Source: Escherichia coli
GTDB lineage: Bacteria; Pseudomonadota; Gammaproteobacteria; Enterobacterales; Enterobacteriaceae
NCBI RefSeq assembly: GCF_044324785.1
Contig: NZ_CP172127.1
Reading direction: 5' to 3' (one strand)
Length of the DNA: 64,000 bases
Shown: positions 11,640 to 22,832 of the stretch, piece by piece
Numbering within the stretch: the stretch's first letter is position 1
Layout: each line of letters begins with the position of its first letter
The notes under the pieces: generated by a model
Database searches by the model: none
The model's input: only the letters and a program-made list of their open reading frames with translations
Told to the model about the DNA's origin: nothing
Translations under genes and position numbers: made by a program

Positions 11640-13195
11640 TACGATAAAATCTCTTCGACTTCGTTTTTAATGATGGTGACATGAGGGCCATAAATCACCT
11701 GAACGCCGTTGCCGCGAATAATCACGCCACGCGCTCCGGCCACTTTCAGCGCAGCTTCATCTACCTTACTGCTCTCTTTAACCGTCACGCGCAGGCGCGT
11801 GGCGCAACAGTCCACCTCTTCCAGATTCTCTTTGCCTCCCAGCCCGGCAATGACTGCCGCTGCGCGTTCACTCTGAGGCTGGCCGGATTCAACCTGGGTT
11901 ACGTTCTCACGCCCCGGCGTCAGCCAGCCAAAGCGGTTAATCAAATAGCGGAAAGTAAAGTAGTAAAGGAAGAACCACGGTATTCCCACTATGGGGACAT
12001 ACATCCAGTTTGTTTTAGCTTCCCCCTGCAACACGCCGAAGAGAAGGAAATCGATAAGCCCGCCCGAAAAGGTTTGCCCAATAGTGATATGTAAAATATG
12101 GGCGACCATAAACGCCAGACCATCGAAGAAGGCGTGAATTACGTATAATACGGGCGCGACAAACAGGAAGGAGAACTCAACAGGCTCAGTGATTCCCGTC
12201 AGGAAAGAGGTCAGGGCTGCCGACAAAAGTAGTCCGGCGACAACCTTTCTATTCTCCGGCTTTGCAGTATGGTACATTGCCAGACATGCGCCAAGCAGGC
12301 CAAACATCATGGTGATAAAGCGCCCGGACATAAAGCGAGCGGTACCCGCGTAGAACTGCTGCGTATTCGGATCGGCAAGTTGGGCAAAGAAAATCCGCTG
12401 CGTACCTTCAACCAACTGGCCGTTGACGATTTCACTGCCGCCCAGCGCCGTCGTCCAGAACGGCAAATAAAAGATATGGTGTAAACCCAGTGGACCGAGC
12501 ATACGCAGGATGAAGCCGTACAACAGCGTCCCCAGATAGCCCGTCGCATCCACCAGGTCGCCCAGTCCAAAAATGAGTTTCTGGAAATGCGGCCACACCA
12601 CCGTCATAACCGCACCCACTACTATCGCGGCAAGGGAGCTGATAATGGGTACAAAACGAGAACCACTAAAAAAACCGAGAAACTGAGGTAGTGAGACTTT
12701 ATTGAAACGGCTATGTAAAGTGCAGGTGACGAGACCAATCACCACCCCACCAAACACACCAGTTTCCAGTGTCTGAATACCAAGCGTCATCCCCTGGCCA
12801 ACTGAAGCGGGGTTCTTGTGCGCCAGCGTTCCGTTGAGCGTTAATAAGGCGTTGATGGTGGCATTCATCACCAGAAACGCCAGCAATGACGCAAGCCCGG
12901 CAGTGCCTTTATCCGATTTCGCCAGCCCCACGGCGACGCCGACTGCAAAGAGTACCGACAGGTTGGCAAACACAATAGAACCTGCGCTGGTCATGATTGT
13001 GAATATTGCCTGCAACCAGTCGGCATCTAAAAACGGATAAGCCGTCAACGTGTTTGGATTTGACAACGCGCCACCAATCCCTAATAACAGCCCTGCTGCG
13101 GGCAATACCGCAATCGGCAGCATGAAGGATTTTCCGAACCGCTGCGCTTTTTCAAACCATCCCCCCGATGAAGCGCCGCTAAACATTTGCATCAT
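11639..13195 (-). CDS. PTS EIICB component (glucose/maltose/N-acetylglucosamine family)
   Basis: 518 aa; N-terminal EIIC membrane domain with GITEPxEF motif, C-terminal EIIB domain with CATRLR active-site Cys. Confidence 0.85.
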   Translation of the reverse strand: MMQMFSGASSGGWFEKAQRFGKSFMLPIAVLPAAGLLLGIGGALSNPNTLTAYPFLDADWLQAIFTIMTSAGSIVFANLSVLFAVGVAVGLAKSDKGTAGLASLLAFLVMNATINALLTLNGTLAHKNPASVGQGMTLGIQTLETGVFGGVVIGLVTCTLHSRFNKVSLPQFLGFFSGSRFVPIISSLAAIVVGAVMTVVWPHFQKLIFGLGDLVDATGYLGTLLYGFILRMLGPLGLHHIFYLPFWTTALGGSEIVNGQLVEGTQRIFFAQLADPNTQQFYAGTARFMSGRFITMMFGLLGACLAMYHTAKPENRKVVAGLLLSAALTSFLTGITEPVEFSFLFVAPVLYVIHAFFDGLAFMVAHILHITIGQTFSGGLIDFLLFGVLQGEAKTNWMYVPIVGIPWFFLYYFTFRYLINRFGWLTPGRENVTQVESGQPQSERAAAVIAGLGGKENLEEVDCCATRLRVTVKESSKVDEAALKVAGARGVIIRGNGVQVIYGPHVTIIKNEVEEILS

Positions 13196-13360
13196 TTTAT
13201 CATCTCCTCGATTTTTGATGAAAATTTTTACTATAATTATTCTTATAAATAAAAATCACCATCAAAATCTAAGAAGTCGATCATACTTTTTTAAAATGTC
13301 TGGCATCAATCCCCTCCTTTCCGTCACACTATCAACAGATAAACGCATTAAGGATTTTAC

Positions 13361-14185
13361 ATGTCAGAAAATGAAAACCTGCTGCTGAGATTGCGCCAGA
13401 GCGTTGATGGATATAGCCGAACACAACAGAAGCTGGGAGAGTTTGTACTTAGCGATCCGGCAAAAGTTGTCTACCTGACGATTACCGAACTTGCGCGTGA
13501 AAGCGGCACCAGCGAGGCTAGCGTCACACGTCTGTGCCGAACGCTTGGGTGTAAGGGCTATAACGAATTCAAAATGGCGCTGGCACTCGATCTCCGACAA
13601 GTACAGTTTGTAGAGCACGGCGGTGATGAGATTGACAATGTGGTCAATGAATCCGTGCAAGCAATACAGGACACAGCAAAATTACTCGACAGAGCCTTGC
13701 TGGAAGCAGCCGCGCTTGCACTGCATCAGGCTCAGTCAGTGCAGATTTATGGCGTAGCAGCCAGTGCCATTCTGGGGGAGTATTTACATTATAAACTCCT
13801 GCGTCTGGGGAAACCCGCACAATTGTTCAGCGATATGCATCGTGCTGCCATGAACGCCACAACACTTAGTAAAAACACGTTCGTGGTGGCGATTTCCAGT
13901 TCTGGATCCACGCGCGATCTGCTGCATGTCGTAAAACTAGCGCGTAAGCAAGGTGTGCGTGTACTGGCGCTGAGTAATACACCGCGCAGTCCGTTAGCTT
14001 CGCTGAGTGATATTCAACTGGTCGCGGCCAAACCGGAAGGACCCTTGAGTGCCGGCGCGCTGACTGCCAAAGTGGGAGTGATGCTGTTGGTAGAGCTACT
14101 CACCACATCGCTGATTGCGCTGGATGACCAGTACAGCGAGGTGAGCCAGAAAACAGCCAGCGCGACCCTACCGCTACTGCTTTAA
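13361..14185 (+). CDS. RpiR/MurR-family transcriptional regulator (HTH plus SIS domain)
   Basis: 274 aa; N-terminal HTH (TITELARESGTSEASVTRLCRTLG) and C-terminal SIS sugar-phosphate-binding domain; divergent from the PTS-nanE operon. Confidence 0.85.
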   Translation: MSENENLLLRLRQSVDGYSRTQQKLGEFVLSDPAKVVYLTITELARESGTSEASVTRLCRTLGCKGYNEFKMALALDLRQVQFVEHGGDEIDNVVNESVQAIQDTAKLLDRALLEAAALALHQAQSVQIYGVAASAILGEYLHYKLLRLGKPAQLFSDMHRAAMNATTLSKNTFVVAISSSGSTRDLLHVVKLARKQGVRVLALSNTPRSPLASLSDIQLVAAKPEGPLSAGALTAKVGVMLLVELLTTSLIALDDQYSEVSQKTASATLPLLL

Positions 14186-14276
14186 AGACATAAAAAACCG
14201 CCGAAGCGCTGGGTGCTCCCCATGAATCAGTGATAATAAACCAACATCATATTCTGGTAGGTTCTGGCGAGGTGAT

Positions 14277-14307
14277 TAAAAACGGTGCTCAGCACCGTTC
14301 GTTTTTA
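14277..14307. terminator. Bidirectional rho-independent terminator
   Basis: Hairpin AACGGTGCT/AGCACCGTT flanked by A-tract upstream and T-tract downstream, between convergent genes. Confidence 0.7.
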
Positions 14308-14341
14308 AATTAGCGAGGAGTATCGTAAGATGCTCTTCCCC

Positions 14342-15685
14342 CTACTTCAGAAAATCCTTCACATCCAGTAGAATAAACTCGTTGTCATCCGCCATATTAG
14401 GCCAGCGGCTGGAGGAAAACGGGAAGTTATTATCGTTGCCTACGATGATGTGGTTAGTGTCAACCACATCCACGTTCTCGATGGTGAAGAACGGGAAGGT
14501 CAGCACACCGTCGTTCAGCGGCTTGCGTGCCAGCTTGTTCGGATCCTGAATCTTCATCAGGTCAATATAGCCCAGTTTTTCGACAGGTTTTCCGACGTTA
14601 GTGTCCGAGAAAGCAATTTTATACACCCGTTTGAACCTGGCTACTTGACTGAAGCAGTTGTTGGTCGGCGCGCCGGCGACGCAGGCTTTATCCGCCGTGC
14701 CTTCGCCGTTATCACGCTCGATCACCAGTCCGTGGGTATCATCTATCATATTGAAGTCGCCGATGGCGTTCTGGTTGTCTTCCAGCACGTACTGCCAGCT
14801 GCGACCAGTCCAGGCCTGCTGTTTGGCATCGAACTCCAGCACACGCAGGTAGCGTTTTCCGTCAACGTTCTCGAACTGCTCACCGTCCCACAATGCCCCT
14901 TCCAGCAGCGGATACAGCTTACTGCCGTCCGGCGAGATGGCCATGCCTTCAAAGCCTTTGGAACGCGCCACCTGGAAGTTCAGCTTACCGTCCGGAGCGC
15001 TAGGTAGAGTCAGCGTCGGGTTGTCCGGCGATTTAACCACCTTACCGTCCACTTCTGTGTCGAACACCGCCAGCACCTTGCCGTTCAGGTCGGTCTTGAT
15101 CAGGTAAGGACCGAACTCATCACCGATCCATAAGGCATCGTCGGAAAACTGGAAGCTTTCCGGATCAAAATCGCTGCCGGTCAGATAGCGTAGTTCGGTG
15201 CTCTCGTTGATGATGTGGAACGGCACCTTTTTATCCGGATCATGCAGGAACAGCGTCTTCAGCGGTACTACCGAGCCGTCTTTGAAATCTATCTTGTATT
15301 GGTTGAGGTACAGCATGGCGTCCGGGGAGTTGGCTTTGCTGCCGAAGCCATTGTCAGTCAGCACCCAATAGGTACCGTCGGGCATGTGTTTGATACCTGA
15401 GTGGCCCTGCAACGGCTGACCATTGATCGGCAGGCTGAGTCCTGTCAGGCGTTCTGCGGATTTGCCCGCCACGCTGCCCAGCTCGGTGACGCGTTTGCCG
15501 CTGGTGTATTTGCCGCTCTGTTGCAAATCGCCCGGCGCATCCTTCGGTGTTGAAACAGCGGATTTTGCCGGCAGAATTGCATGCCCGGCCAGCGTTGCCT
15601 GCACCGGCTGCGCTTTGGCCCACAGGTTGGCGCTCAGAGCCATGCAGCCAACCAGTATAGCCAGCCGGATTTTGGAGTTGTGCAT
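14342..15685 (-). CDS. Secreted protein, esterase-like/phytase-like (beta-propeller) family
   Basis: 447 aa with N-terminal signal peptide; repeated motifs (DNGFG, DEFGP) recalled from the phytase-like family; function uncertain. Confidence 0.5.
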   Translation of the reverse strand: MHNSKIRLAILVGCMALSANLWAKAQPVQATLAGHAILPAKSAVSTPKDAPGDLQQSGKYTSGKRVTELGSVAGKSAERLTGLSLPINGQPLQGHSGIKHMPDGTYWVLTDNGFGSKANSPDAMLYLNQYKIDFKDGSVVPLKTLFLHDPDKKVPFHIINESTELRYLTGSDFDPESFQFSDDALWIGDEFGPYLIKTDLNGKVLAVFDTEVDGKVVKSPDNPTLTLPSAPDGKLNFQVARSKGFEGMAISPDGSKLYPLLEGALWDGEQFENVDGKRYLRVLEFDAKQQAWTGRSWQYVLEDNQNAIGDFNMIDDTHGLVIERDNGEGTADKACVAGAPTNNCFSQVARFKRVYKIAFSDTNVGKPVEKLGYIDLMKIQDPNKLARKPLNDGVLTFPFFTIENVDVVDTNHIIVGNDNNFPFSSSRWPNMADDNEFILLDVKDFLK

Positions 15686-16179
15686 GTCATACTCTCCTTT
15701 CGTTGTTATCGCCCAGAAGTAAAACTAACGTCATTGTAGGGAGCAGAAATGACAGAAATATTATGATTACGGTAGGGATAGCCGTTGCCGGCTTCCCCGC
15801 CATGTCAACGCCGGTATTTATGGTTTCTGTTTGCTTTTCTGTAAAAATAAAGGGGAGAGACGACGGTACTATAAACAACCATGATGAATCTCATCTATTC
15901 GGCCCAGATGAAAGACGCGCGTGAGGCTCTTGTTCGTTAAGCGGATACGTATATCCTGTACAATAATCAGATATACCTCACAGGGTCTAACACTTTATCA
16001 TCAACGAGTTGCAGATCAGATAGTCATACGGTTGCTGCGTGCTTTAGCTGGCTGAATACAGCCTGAAATCATCACCGTAATGACATGATGCCCAGCACAG
16101 CCTTACCTTTCTGGCGGCGATGGCCACAACAGCGCGTCAGTATTCTCTGCGTTCAACCAGTGAACAGACCCAACGACTG

Positions 16180-17010
16180 AATGAGTCAGTCCTTTTCTCA
16201 GCACCAATCAGTACTGAACGAGCCCCCTGAACCAGAAGCATTCGCAGATACGAATCACCGGCTTTTGTTATCCTGCCCAGCTTCGACATTCAGCCGCTGC
16301 TGTATTGTGATAGCGTCAGCCCAGCCAGGCTGCCAGTTGCCGTCCCTTTTTAAAATCATGTGCATTACCGATACAGGCAACCAGCGCACAGGCTGTTGTG
16401 GGACCAACTCCTTTTAGCTCCATCAGCTGTTTAATACGGATATCATCCCTTGCAGCCTCATGAAGACGGTGGTCATGAGACGATATGAGTTCATTTTACT
16501 CTGACAGTTCGCACAACAAACGGATGAAGGGTCATTCCACTGCCCCTGGGCAGTATTCCCTGCTGGATTTTACGCACGTGCCTTATCCCCACAGGCAGCA
16601 GCAGACCAAATTCACTCAACAGCCCCCGGATTTCATTACGCAACGCCGTTCGCTCGCGGATGATTCTGGCCCGGACCCGGTATTCTTCCTGTAACGTCTG
16701 CTGGGATTCCGATATGAAAACAACAAATCGCATGCCGGGCCTGCTGACGGCCTCACAGATGGCAGCTGCATTATTAGCGTCGTTTTTGTTACCTTTGAGA
16801 TAAGATTTGACAAGTTTCTACGGAATAATGCGCACGGTAGGCCCCATACGGAATGAGTTCCCGTGCCCAGAATGGGAAGAGCCACAGACTTCGATGCTGA
16901 TGAGGCAGGGAGAAAGCCCGGAGAAAAACGTCATCATGTGGGGAGGGCTCAGCGTTTTTCTCCGTACCACTATTCATTGTGATCAACGCCGTGGATTTGA
17001 AAAACATTTT
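16180..17010 (-). mobile_element. IS110-family transposase remnant (frameshifted)
   Basis: Minus-strand translations ...NKNDANNAAAICEAVSRPGMRFVVFISESQQ...ALRNEIRGLLSEFGL and ...ELKGVGPTTACALVACIGNAHDFKKGRQLAAWLGL match IS110-family motifs, split across frames. Confidence 0.6.
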
Positions 17011-17179
17011 TCGGCAAGATCGAAACCAATACGATTAATATTCATGACTGACTTCTCCACCAGGGAACTGGGTACATCTCAGTCTGGAACGTTGATGCCG
17101 TAAGGAGGAAGATGTCAATCACATCGGCCTACACGCGATGTTAGCTCAGATAGGCGAAACGTATCCGACATTACACTGG

Positions 17180-18496
17180 TTAAGACTTCGTCGATTTCTC
17201 AAAGCGGCGTAGTAACTGATTCCCACGCTCAACGGCGGTATCCAGCGCCTGCTGTGGCGTCTTCTTACCGGTCCACACGCTCTCAAGCTCTTCATCCACA
17301 ATCGCTCTGATCTGCGGCATGTTGCCCAGACGTAGTCCTTTGGTGAACGGTAACGACGGTTTGTTCAGCATCTGACGTGTCGCGATATCCGCCCCTGGGT
17401 TTTTCTCGTAAAAGCCCTGCTCACGGGTCAGGTCATACGCCGCTTTGGTGATTGGCAGATAACCGGTTTTCTGGTGCCACTCGGCAGCATTTTCTGGCTT
17501 CGCGAGGAAGTCGAGGAACTTCGCCACGCCGGTATACGTTTCTTTATCTTTGCCCTGCATCACCCACAGGCTGGCTCCGCCGATAATGGCGTTTTGTGGT
17601 GCATCTTTCGCGTCAGCGTCGTAAGGCATCATGCCTACGCCGTAGTTGAATTTGGCGTACTCGCGAATGCTGGCAAGAGAACCAGAAGAGGCAGTCGTCA
17701 TTGCGCAATCACCGTTATAGAACTTCTCGGTGGATTCATCCTTACGCCCGACGTAGCTGAAATCGCCTTTCTTGTTCATCTCTTCGAGCATGGCGATGTG
17801 TTTCACCTGCTCCGGCTTGTTGAACTCCAGCACCGCATCTGTGCCGTCAAAGCCGTTGTTTTTGCTGGCAAACGGCAGACCGTTCCAGGCGCTAAAGTTT
17901 TCCAGTTGGATCCAGCCCTGCCAGCCGCTGGAGTAGCCGCACTTCATACCGGAGGCTTTCAGTTTCGCGGCATAGTCCGCCAGATCCTGCCAGGTTTTCG
18001 GCGGCTGTTCCGGGTCTAATCCTGCTTTCTTGAAAGCATCTTTGTTGTAATAGAGAACAGGAGTCGAGCTGTTGAACGGCTGGGAGAGTAAGTGTCCGGT
18101 TTTACTGTCGGAGTAGTAGCCTGAAACCGTCGGCACAAACTGCGACTCATCAAAGTTAATCCCCGCCTCTTTAAACACGTCATACACCGGTTTAATGGCT
18201 TTCGACGCCATCATGGTGGCGGTGCCAACTTCATAAACCTGCAAAATAGCCGGAGCGTTACCGGTACGAAATGCTGCGATCCCCGCACTTAAACTCTCTT
18301 CGTAGTTGCCTTTATAAGTCGGTATAATTTTGTAATCCGGGTTTTCGGCGTTAAAACGTTGGACCAGAGAATTCACCTCTTTACCCAGTTCCCCTTCCAT
18401 AGAGTGCCAGAACGGAATGGTCGTCACTGCCTGTGCATTCCCCATTAACGTCAGTCCGAGCACTAGTGCTGAAGCTGTATAATGTAACGGTTTCAT
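17180..18496 (-). CDS. ugpB: sn-glycerol-3-phosphate ABC transporter periplasmic binding protein UgpB (orphan copy)
   Basis: 438 aa with signal peptide; sequence matches my recollection of E. coli UgpB along its length; no ugpAEC downstream, IS remnants on both sides. Confidence 0.8.
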   Translation of the reverse strand: MKPLHYTASALVLGLTLMGNAQAVTTIPFWHSMEGELGKEVNSLVQRFNAENPDYKIIPTYKGNYEESLSAGIAAFRTGNAPAILQVYEVGTATMMASKAIKPVYDVFKEAGINFDESQFVPTVSGYYSDSKTGHLLSQPFNSSTPVLYYNKDAFKKAGLDPEQPPKTWQDLADYAAKLKASGMKCGYSSGWQGWIQLENFSAWNGLPFASKNNGFDGTDAVLEFNKPEQVKHIAMLEEMNKKGDFSYVGRKDESTEKFYNGDCAMTTASSGSLASIREYAKFNYGVGMMPYDADAKDAPQNAIIGGASLWVMQGKDKETYTGVAKFLDFLAKPENAAEWHQKTGYLPITKAAYDLTREQGFYEKNPGADIATRQMLNKPSLPFTKGLRLGNMPQIRAIVDEELESVWTGKKTPQQALDTAVERGNQLLRRFEKSTKS

Positions 18497-18633
18497 CGTT
18501 TATCTCTCTTGCTTGTTGTACCTGATGAGCGAATTCACACGTTTCATGCTCGTGGGATTAAATATCATGCCCGAATTGCAGAAAAATAACTTTTTTATTA
18601 CATGTGTTAGACAGTAAAGTGTTAGAAAGATGA

Positions 18634-18969
18634 CAGAGCAGTGACGGCACAGGTGAGACGTGGTGGATTGAATTTGATCCTGCTGTTGACAGTGAAATCC
18701 GCAAGACATGTCCGGCAGTGATCGTGAGCAATGACGCAGCAAACAGGAACCTCGCTCGAGTAGTCGTCGTTCCTCTGACCAGTAACACAGAGCGAGTGTA
18801 TCCAAGTGAGGCTGTTGTGACCGTAGGTGTCAGAGCAGCAAAGCGATTGTAGAGCAGATTATGGCGGCGGATAAGTCCTGTCTCAAAACACATATTGGCT
18901 CGTTGTCCAAAGCAGATATGTTGTCTGTTGAGGACGCAATCAAGATCCATCTTGGTTTACTGCGGTAAC
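18634..18969 (+). pseudogene. MazF/PemK-family toxin pseudogene (no in-frame start, internal frameshift)
   Basis: Translation ...GETWWIEFDPAVDSEIRKTCPAVIVSNDAANRNLARVVVVPLTSNTERVYPSEAVV aligns with the PemK/MazF core; C-terminal part is in another frame; no antitoxin ORF upstream. Confidence 0.5.
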
Positions 18970-19559
18970 GCCATGTGAATCTGTCGGCTACCGCCATTAG
19001 TGACGGAATTTTCTGTGGGGCAGCGTACCAATGGCATTCGGTTAAGTTCTTGCTGGAGCATCAAAAGAGTTCCAGCGCGTTCTGGGCCGTACATATTTTC
19101 GTGGGTAACACCTCCCTGGCCTTACTCGCTGAGTCATACAACTGCGATCGATTCAGATGCCATTTTGCAATCAGCCTCTCAGAAAGAGCGCAACAGAATG
19201 ATTTTAAATGTTTTCCTGTTACCCGAATCAGTAAAGACAAGTACCTCACTACGAGAAACAAGCAGTTTTTGAAATTAAAATTTTGTTTATTTCTACTACT
19301 ACCGATGAAAACGTTATTATCTTAATAATTAATGTCATTTCAGGATATCCATGTAAGGTTAAGTAATAATATATGAGCCTGTATTTTTATTTTACATCTT
19401 TCTCACTCTGTGAATGAAAATCTTCAATAGAAAATTTGATTTGAATAATTTATATAACTCTTCTATATTACATCAATGCCGATAGAAATCGTAAAAAGCT
19501 TCGTTTTCATAAAAATCTCTTTCAATAATATTTGTAGCTGGACCAGCCCCTTGAAACGC

Positions 19560-20720
19560 CAGATAGTGGATGTATCTTAAAATAAGAGACAGGCTTGGAT
19601 ATATGTCTGACACTGGTTCTAATTTTGAGATGACTGGAACTTTGCCGGGGCTGGAGCTTCGTAAACGTAAAACTCCTCAGGAAAAAATTGGCATTATTCA
19701 GCAGACAATGGAGCCTGGCATGGCGGTGTCACATGTGGCGCGTTTGCGTTGTATTCAGCCCTGCCTGTTGTTTAAGTGGAAAAACAATCTCTGGAAGGAA
19801 GTCTCACTGCTGTTGCTTCAGGAGAGGGTGTCGTTCCTGCCTCAGAACTGCCTGCCGCTATAAAACAAATAAAAGAGTTACAGCTCTTGCTGGGTAAAAA
19901 ACCATGGAAGTTTAGATCCTCAAAGAAGTGGGTGGTGGAGTATGCGCAATCGCGAAAATGGATAGCGCATGTGCCCTTGTTACCTTCGGACAAGGAATAG
20001 CCCCGGTAAGCCGTGTTCTGGGCGATACTCAGGCGGCAGTCCCTAAATGAAGGACTACCGTTAGTGAATGCAAAGCGCGTTTACCGGATAATGAGCGAAA
20101 ATATCCTGTTGTTACATGACAAACCATCACGACTGCAGCGGGAACATAAAGGCCGAATATCGGTAAGGAAAGCGACCAGCGTTGATGTTCTGATGGCTTT
20201 GAGTTCGGTTGCGATGATGGCGAAAAAGTCCGGGTTACGTTCGCCCTGGACTGTTGCGATCGTGAAGCTATCGACTGGGCATCCAATACGGGAGGTTACA
20301 ATAAAGCGACAGTGCAGGATGTGATGTTAGGAGCGATAGAAAAACTCTTTGGCGATAAAGTACCGGAACAGTCCATCCGGTGGTTGACAGATAACGGTTC
20401 AGCGTATAGAGCGCATGAAACACGGCAGTTCGCCAGAGAGTTGGATCTGGAGCCCTGCACAACGGCAATCAGCAGCTCTCAGAGTAATGGAATGGCAGAA
20501 AGGTTAGTGAAAACGATGAAGGAAGACTACATTGCGTTCATACCGAAACCGAATGTAATAACGGCATTGCATAACCTTGCATAGGCGTTCGAGAATTACA
20601 ATGAGAACCACCCGCATAGTGCGTTAGGTTATCTCTCACCACGGGAATATCGATGTCAGCGGATAACGTCACCTTAGATGTAGCAGTTGCCAAACAGTGA
20701 CTCAAGGGCAGGCTTACCGC
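19560..20720 (+). mobile_element. IS2-like (IS3-family) element remnant with degraded orfA/orfB
   Basis: Fragments RKRKTPQEKIGIIQQTMEPGMAVSHVARL...[28 protein letters not shown] (InsC-like) and ...NAKRVYRIM...[14 protein letters not shown]...[25 protein letters not shown] (InsD-like), broken by stops and frameshifts. Confidence 0.7.
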
Positions 20721-20794
20721 ATACGCTGACACTTAGCTGATCGACAGAATATTATTAACAGTTCATCACTGAACGCTACATAATCAGAGTTGCA

Positions 20795-20820
20795 TAAATA
20801 AAATGTTATGTTATAACATT
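20795..20820. promoter_or_regulatory. Possible Fur-box-like AT-rich hexamer repeats upstream of the TonB-dependent receptor
   Basis: ATAAATAAAATGTTATGTTATAACATT contains partially palindromic NATWAT-like hexamers; weak match. Confidence 0.25.
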
Positions 20821-20843
20821 TTAATACCAACATATGTTTTCGA

Positions 20844-22814
20844 ATGTATATGAATGTAATCAGAACTGTCATTTGTACATTAATTATAGTCCCGGTGGGA
20901 CTACAGGCAGCGACCAGTCATTCTTCTATGGCTAAAGATACAATCACCATTGTCGCGACAGGAAATCAGAACACGGTATTTGAAACGCCGTCGATGGTCA
21001 GTGTCGTCACGAATGACACACCGTGGAGTCAGAATGCGGTTACATCGGCCGGCATGCTGAAAGGTGTTGCCGGTCTCAGCCAGACTGGTGCAGGACGGAC
21101 CAATGGGCAGACCTTTAATCTACGCGGCTATGACAAAAGCGGGGTACTTGTTCTTGTTGACGGCGTCCGCCAACTCAGTGACATGGCAAAAAGCAGTGGC
21201 ACTTATCTGGATCCGGCTCTTGTCAAACGTATCGAAGTTGTCCGCGGGCCAAACTCCAGTCTGTACGGCAGTGGCGGGCTGGGAGGTGTAGTGGACTTCA
21301 GAACTGCCGATGCAGCAGATTTCCTTCCCCCCGGAGAGACAAACGGTTTAAGTCTGTGGGGAAATATTGCCAGTGGTGACCACAGCACAGGCTCGGGGCT
21401 CACCTGGTTCGGTAAAACCGGAAAAACAGATGCGCTCCTTTCTGTCATTATGCGTAAAAGAGGTAATATCTATCAAAGTGATGGTGAGCGCGCACCTAAC
21501 AAGGAAAAACCTGCAGCCCTGTTTGCGAAAGGCTCTGTCGGTATAACAGACAGTAACAAAGCAGGTGCCAGCTTGCGTCTCTACCGGAATAACACCACTG
21601 AACCGGGCAATCCCACTCAGACACATGGTGACAGCGGCCTGCGTGACAGAAAAACAGTACAAAATGACGTACAGTTCTGGTACCAGTACGCTCCTGTGGA
21701 TAACAGCCTCATCAATGTAAAGTCAACGTTATATCTCAGTGATATCACTATCAAGACAAACGGTCACAACAAAACGGCAGAATGGAGAAACAACAGAACC
21801 TCCGGTGTTAATGTTGTCAACAGGAGTCATACTCTGATTTTTCCGGGAGCCCATCAGTTAAGTTATGGCGCTGAATATTACCGTCAGCAGCAGAAGCCAG
21901 AAGGCTCTGCCACACTATATCCGGAAGGAAATATTGACTTTACATCGTTGTATTTCCAGGATGAAATGACAATGAAAAGCTACCCTGTTAACATTATCGT
22001 CGGTTCCCGCTATGACCGGTACAAGAGCTTCAATCCCCGTGCCGGAGAACTGAAAGCCGAACGCCTGTCCCCAAGGGCGGCGATTTCAGTCTCACCGACA
22101 GACTGGCTGATGATGTACGGCTCCATATCCTCTGCATTCCGAGCGCCCACAATGGCAGAAATGTACAGGGATGATGTACATTTTTACCGCAAGGGTAAAC
22201 CCAATTACTGGGTTCCTAACCTTAATCTGAAACCAGAAAATAACATCACCCGTGAGATTGGCGCAGGTATTCAACTGGATGGCCTGCTTACAGACAATGA
22301 CCGGCTGCAGTTAAAAGGCGGATATTTCGGAACGGATGCCAGAAACTATATTGCCACACGCGTGGATATGAAACGGATGCGTTCTTATTCTTATAATGTA
22401 TCCCGGGCCCGTATCTGGGGATGGGATATGCAGGGAAATTACCAGTCTGATTATGTTGACTGGGTGCTTTCTTATAACCGGACGGAAAGTATGGATGCCA
22501 GCAGCAGGGAATGGCTGGGCTCCGGCAATCCTGACACACTTATCAGTGACATCAGCATACCTGTTGGTCATAGAGGCGTTTATGCCGGATGGCGTGCTGA
22601 ACTTTCAGCATCAGCCACGCATGTGAAAAAAGGCGACTCCTATCAGGCTGGCTATGCCATACATTCCTTTTCACTGTCTTATAAGCCTGTAAGTGTTAAA
22701 GGCTTTGAGGCGTCAGTAACTCTGGATAATGCCTTCAACAAGCTTGCCATGAATGGCAAAGGTGTGCCGCTTTCAGGCCGAACTGTCAGTCTTTATACCC
22801 GTTATCAGTGGTAA
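20844..22814 (+). CDS. TonB-dependent outer-membrane heme/hemoglobin receptor (ChuA/ShuA/HmuR family)
   Basis: 656 aa; signal peptide, TonB box DTITIVATG, plug and barrel motifs (GRTNGQTFNLRGYD, LVLVDGVRQ), C-terminal YQW; collinear with ChuA but clearly divergent. Confidence 0.85.
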   Translation: MYMNVIRTVICTLIIVPVGLQAATSHSSMAKDTITIVATGNQNTVFETPSMVSVVTNDTPWSQNAVTSAGMLKGVAGLSQTGAGRTNGQTFNLRGYDKSGVLVLVDGVRQLSDMAKSSGTYLDPALVKRIEVVRGPNSSLYGSGGLGGVVDFRTADAADFLPPGETNGLSLWGNIASGDHSTGSGLTWFGKTGKTDALLSVIMRKRGNIYQSDGERAPNKEKPAALFAKGSVGITDSNKAGASLRLYRNNTTEPGNPTQTHGDSGLRDRKTVQNDVQFWYQYAPVDNSLINVKSTLYLSDITIKTNGHNKTAEWRNNRTSGVNVVNRSHTLIFPGAHQLSYGAEYYRQQQKPEGSATLYPEGNIDFTSLYFQDEMTMKSYPVNIIVGSRYDRYKSFNPRAGELKAERLSPRAAISVSPTDWLMMYGSISSAFRAPTMAEMYRDDVHFYRKGKPNYWVPNLNLKPENNITREIGAGIQLDGLLTDNDRLQLKGGYFGTDARNYIATRVDMKRMRSYSYNVSRARIWGWDMQGNYQSDYVDWVLSYNRTESMDASSREWLGSGNPDTLISDISIPVGHRGVYAGWRAELSASATHVKKGDSYQAGYAIHSFSLSYKPVSVKGFEASVTLDNAFNKLAMNGKGVPLSGRTVSLYTRYQW

Positions 22815-22832
22815 CCTCTCAGGAAATAAATC

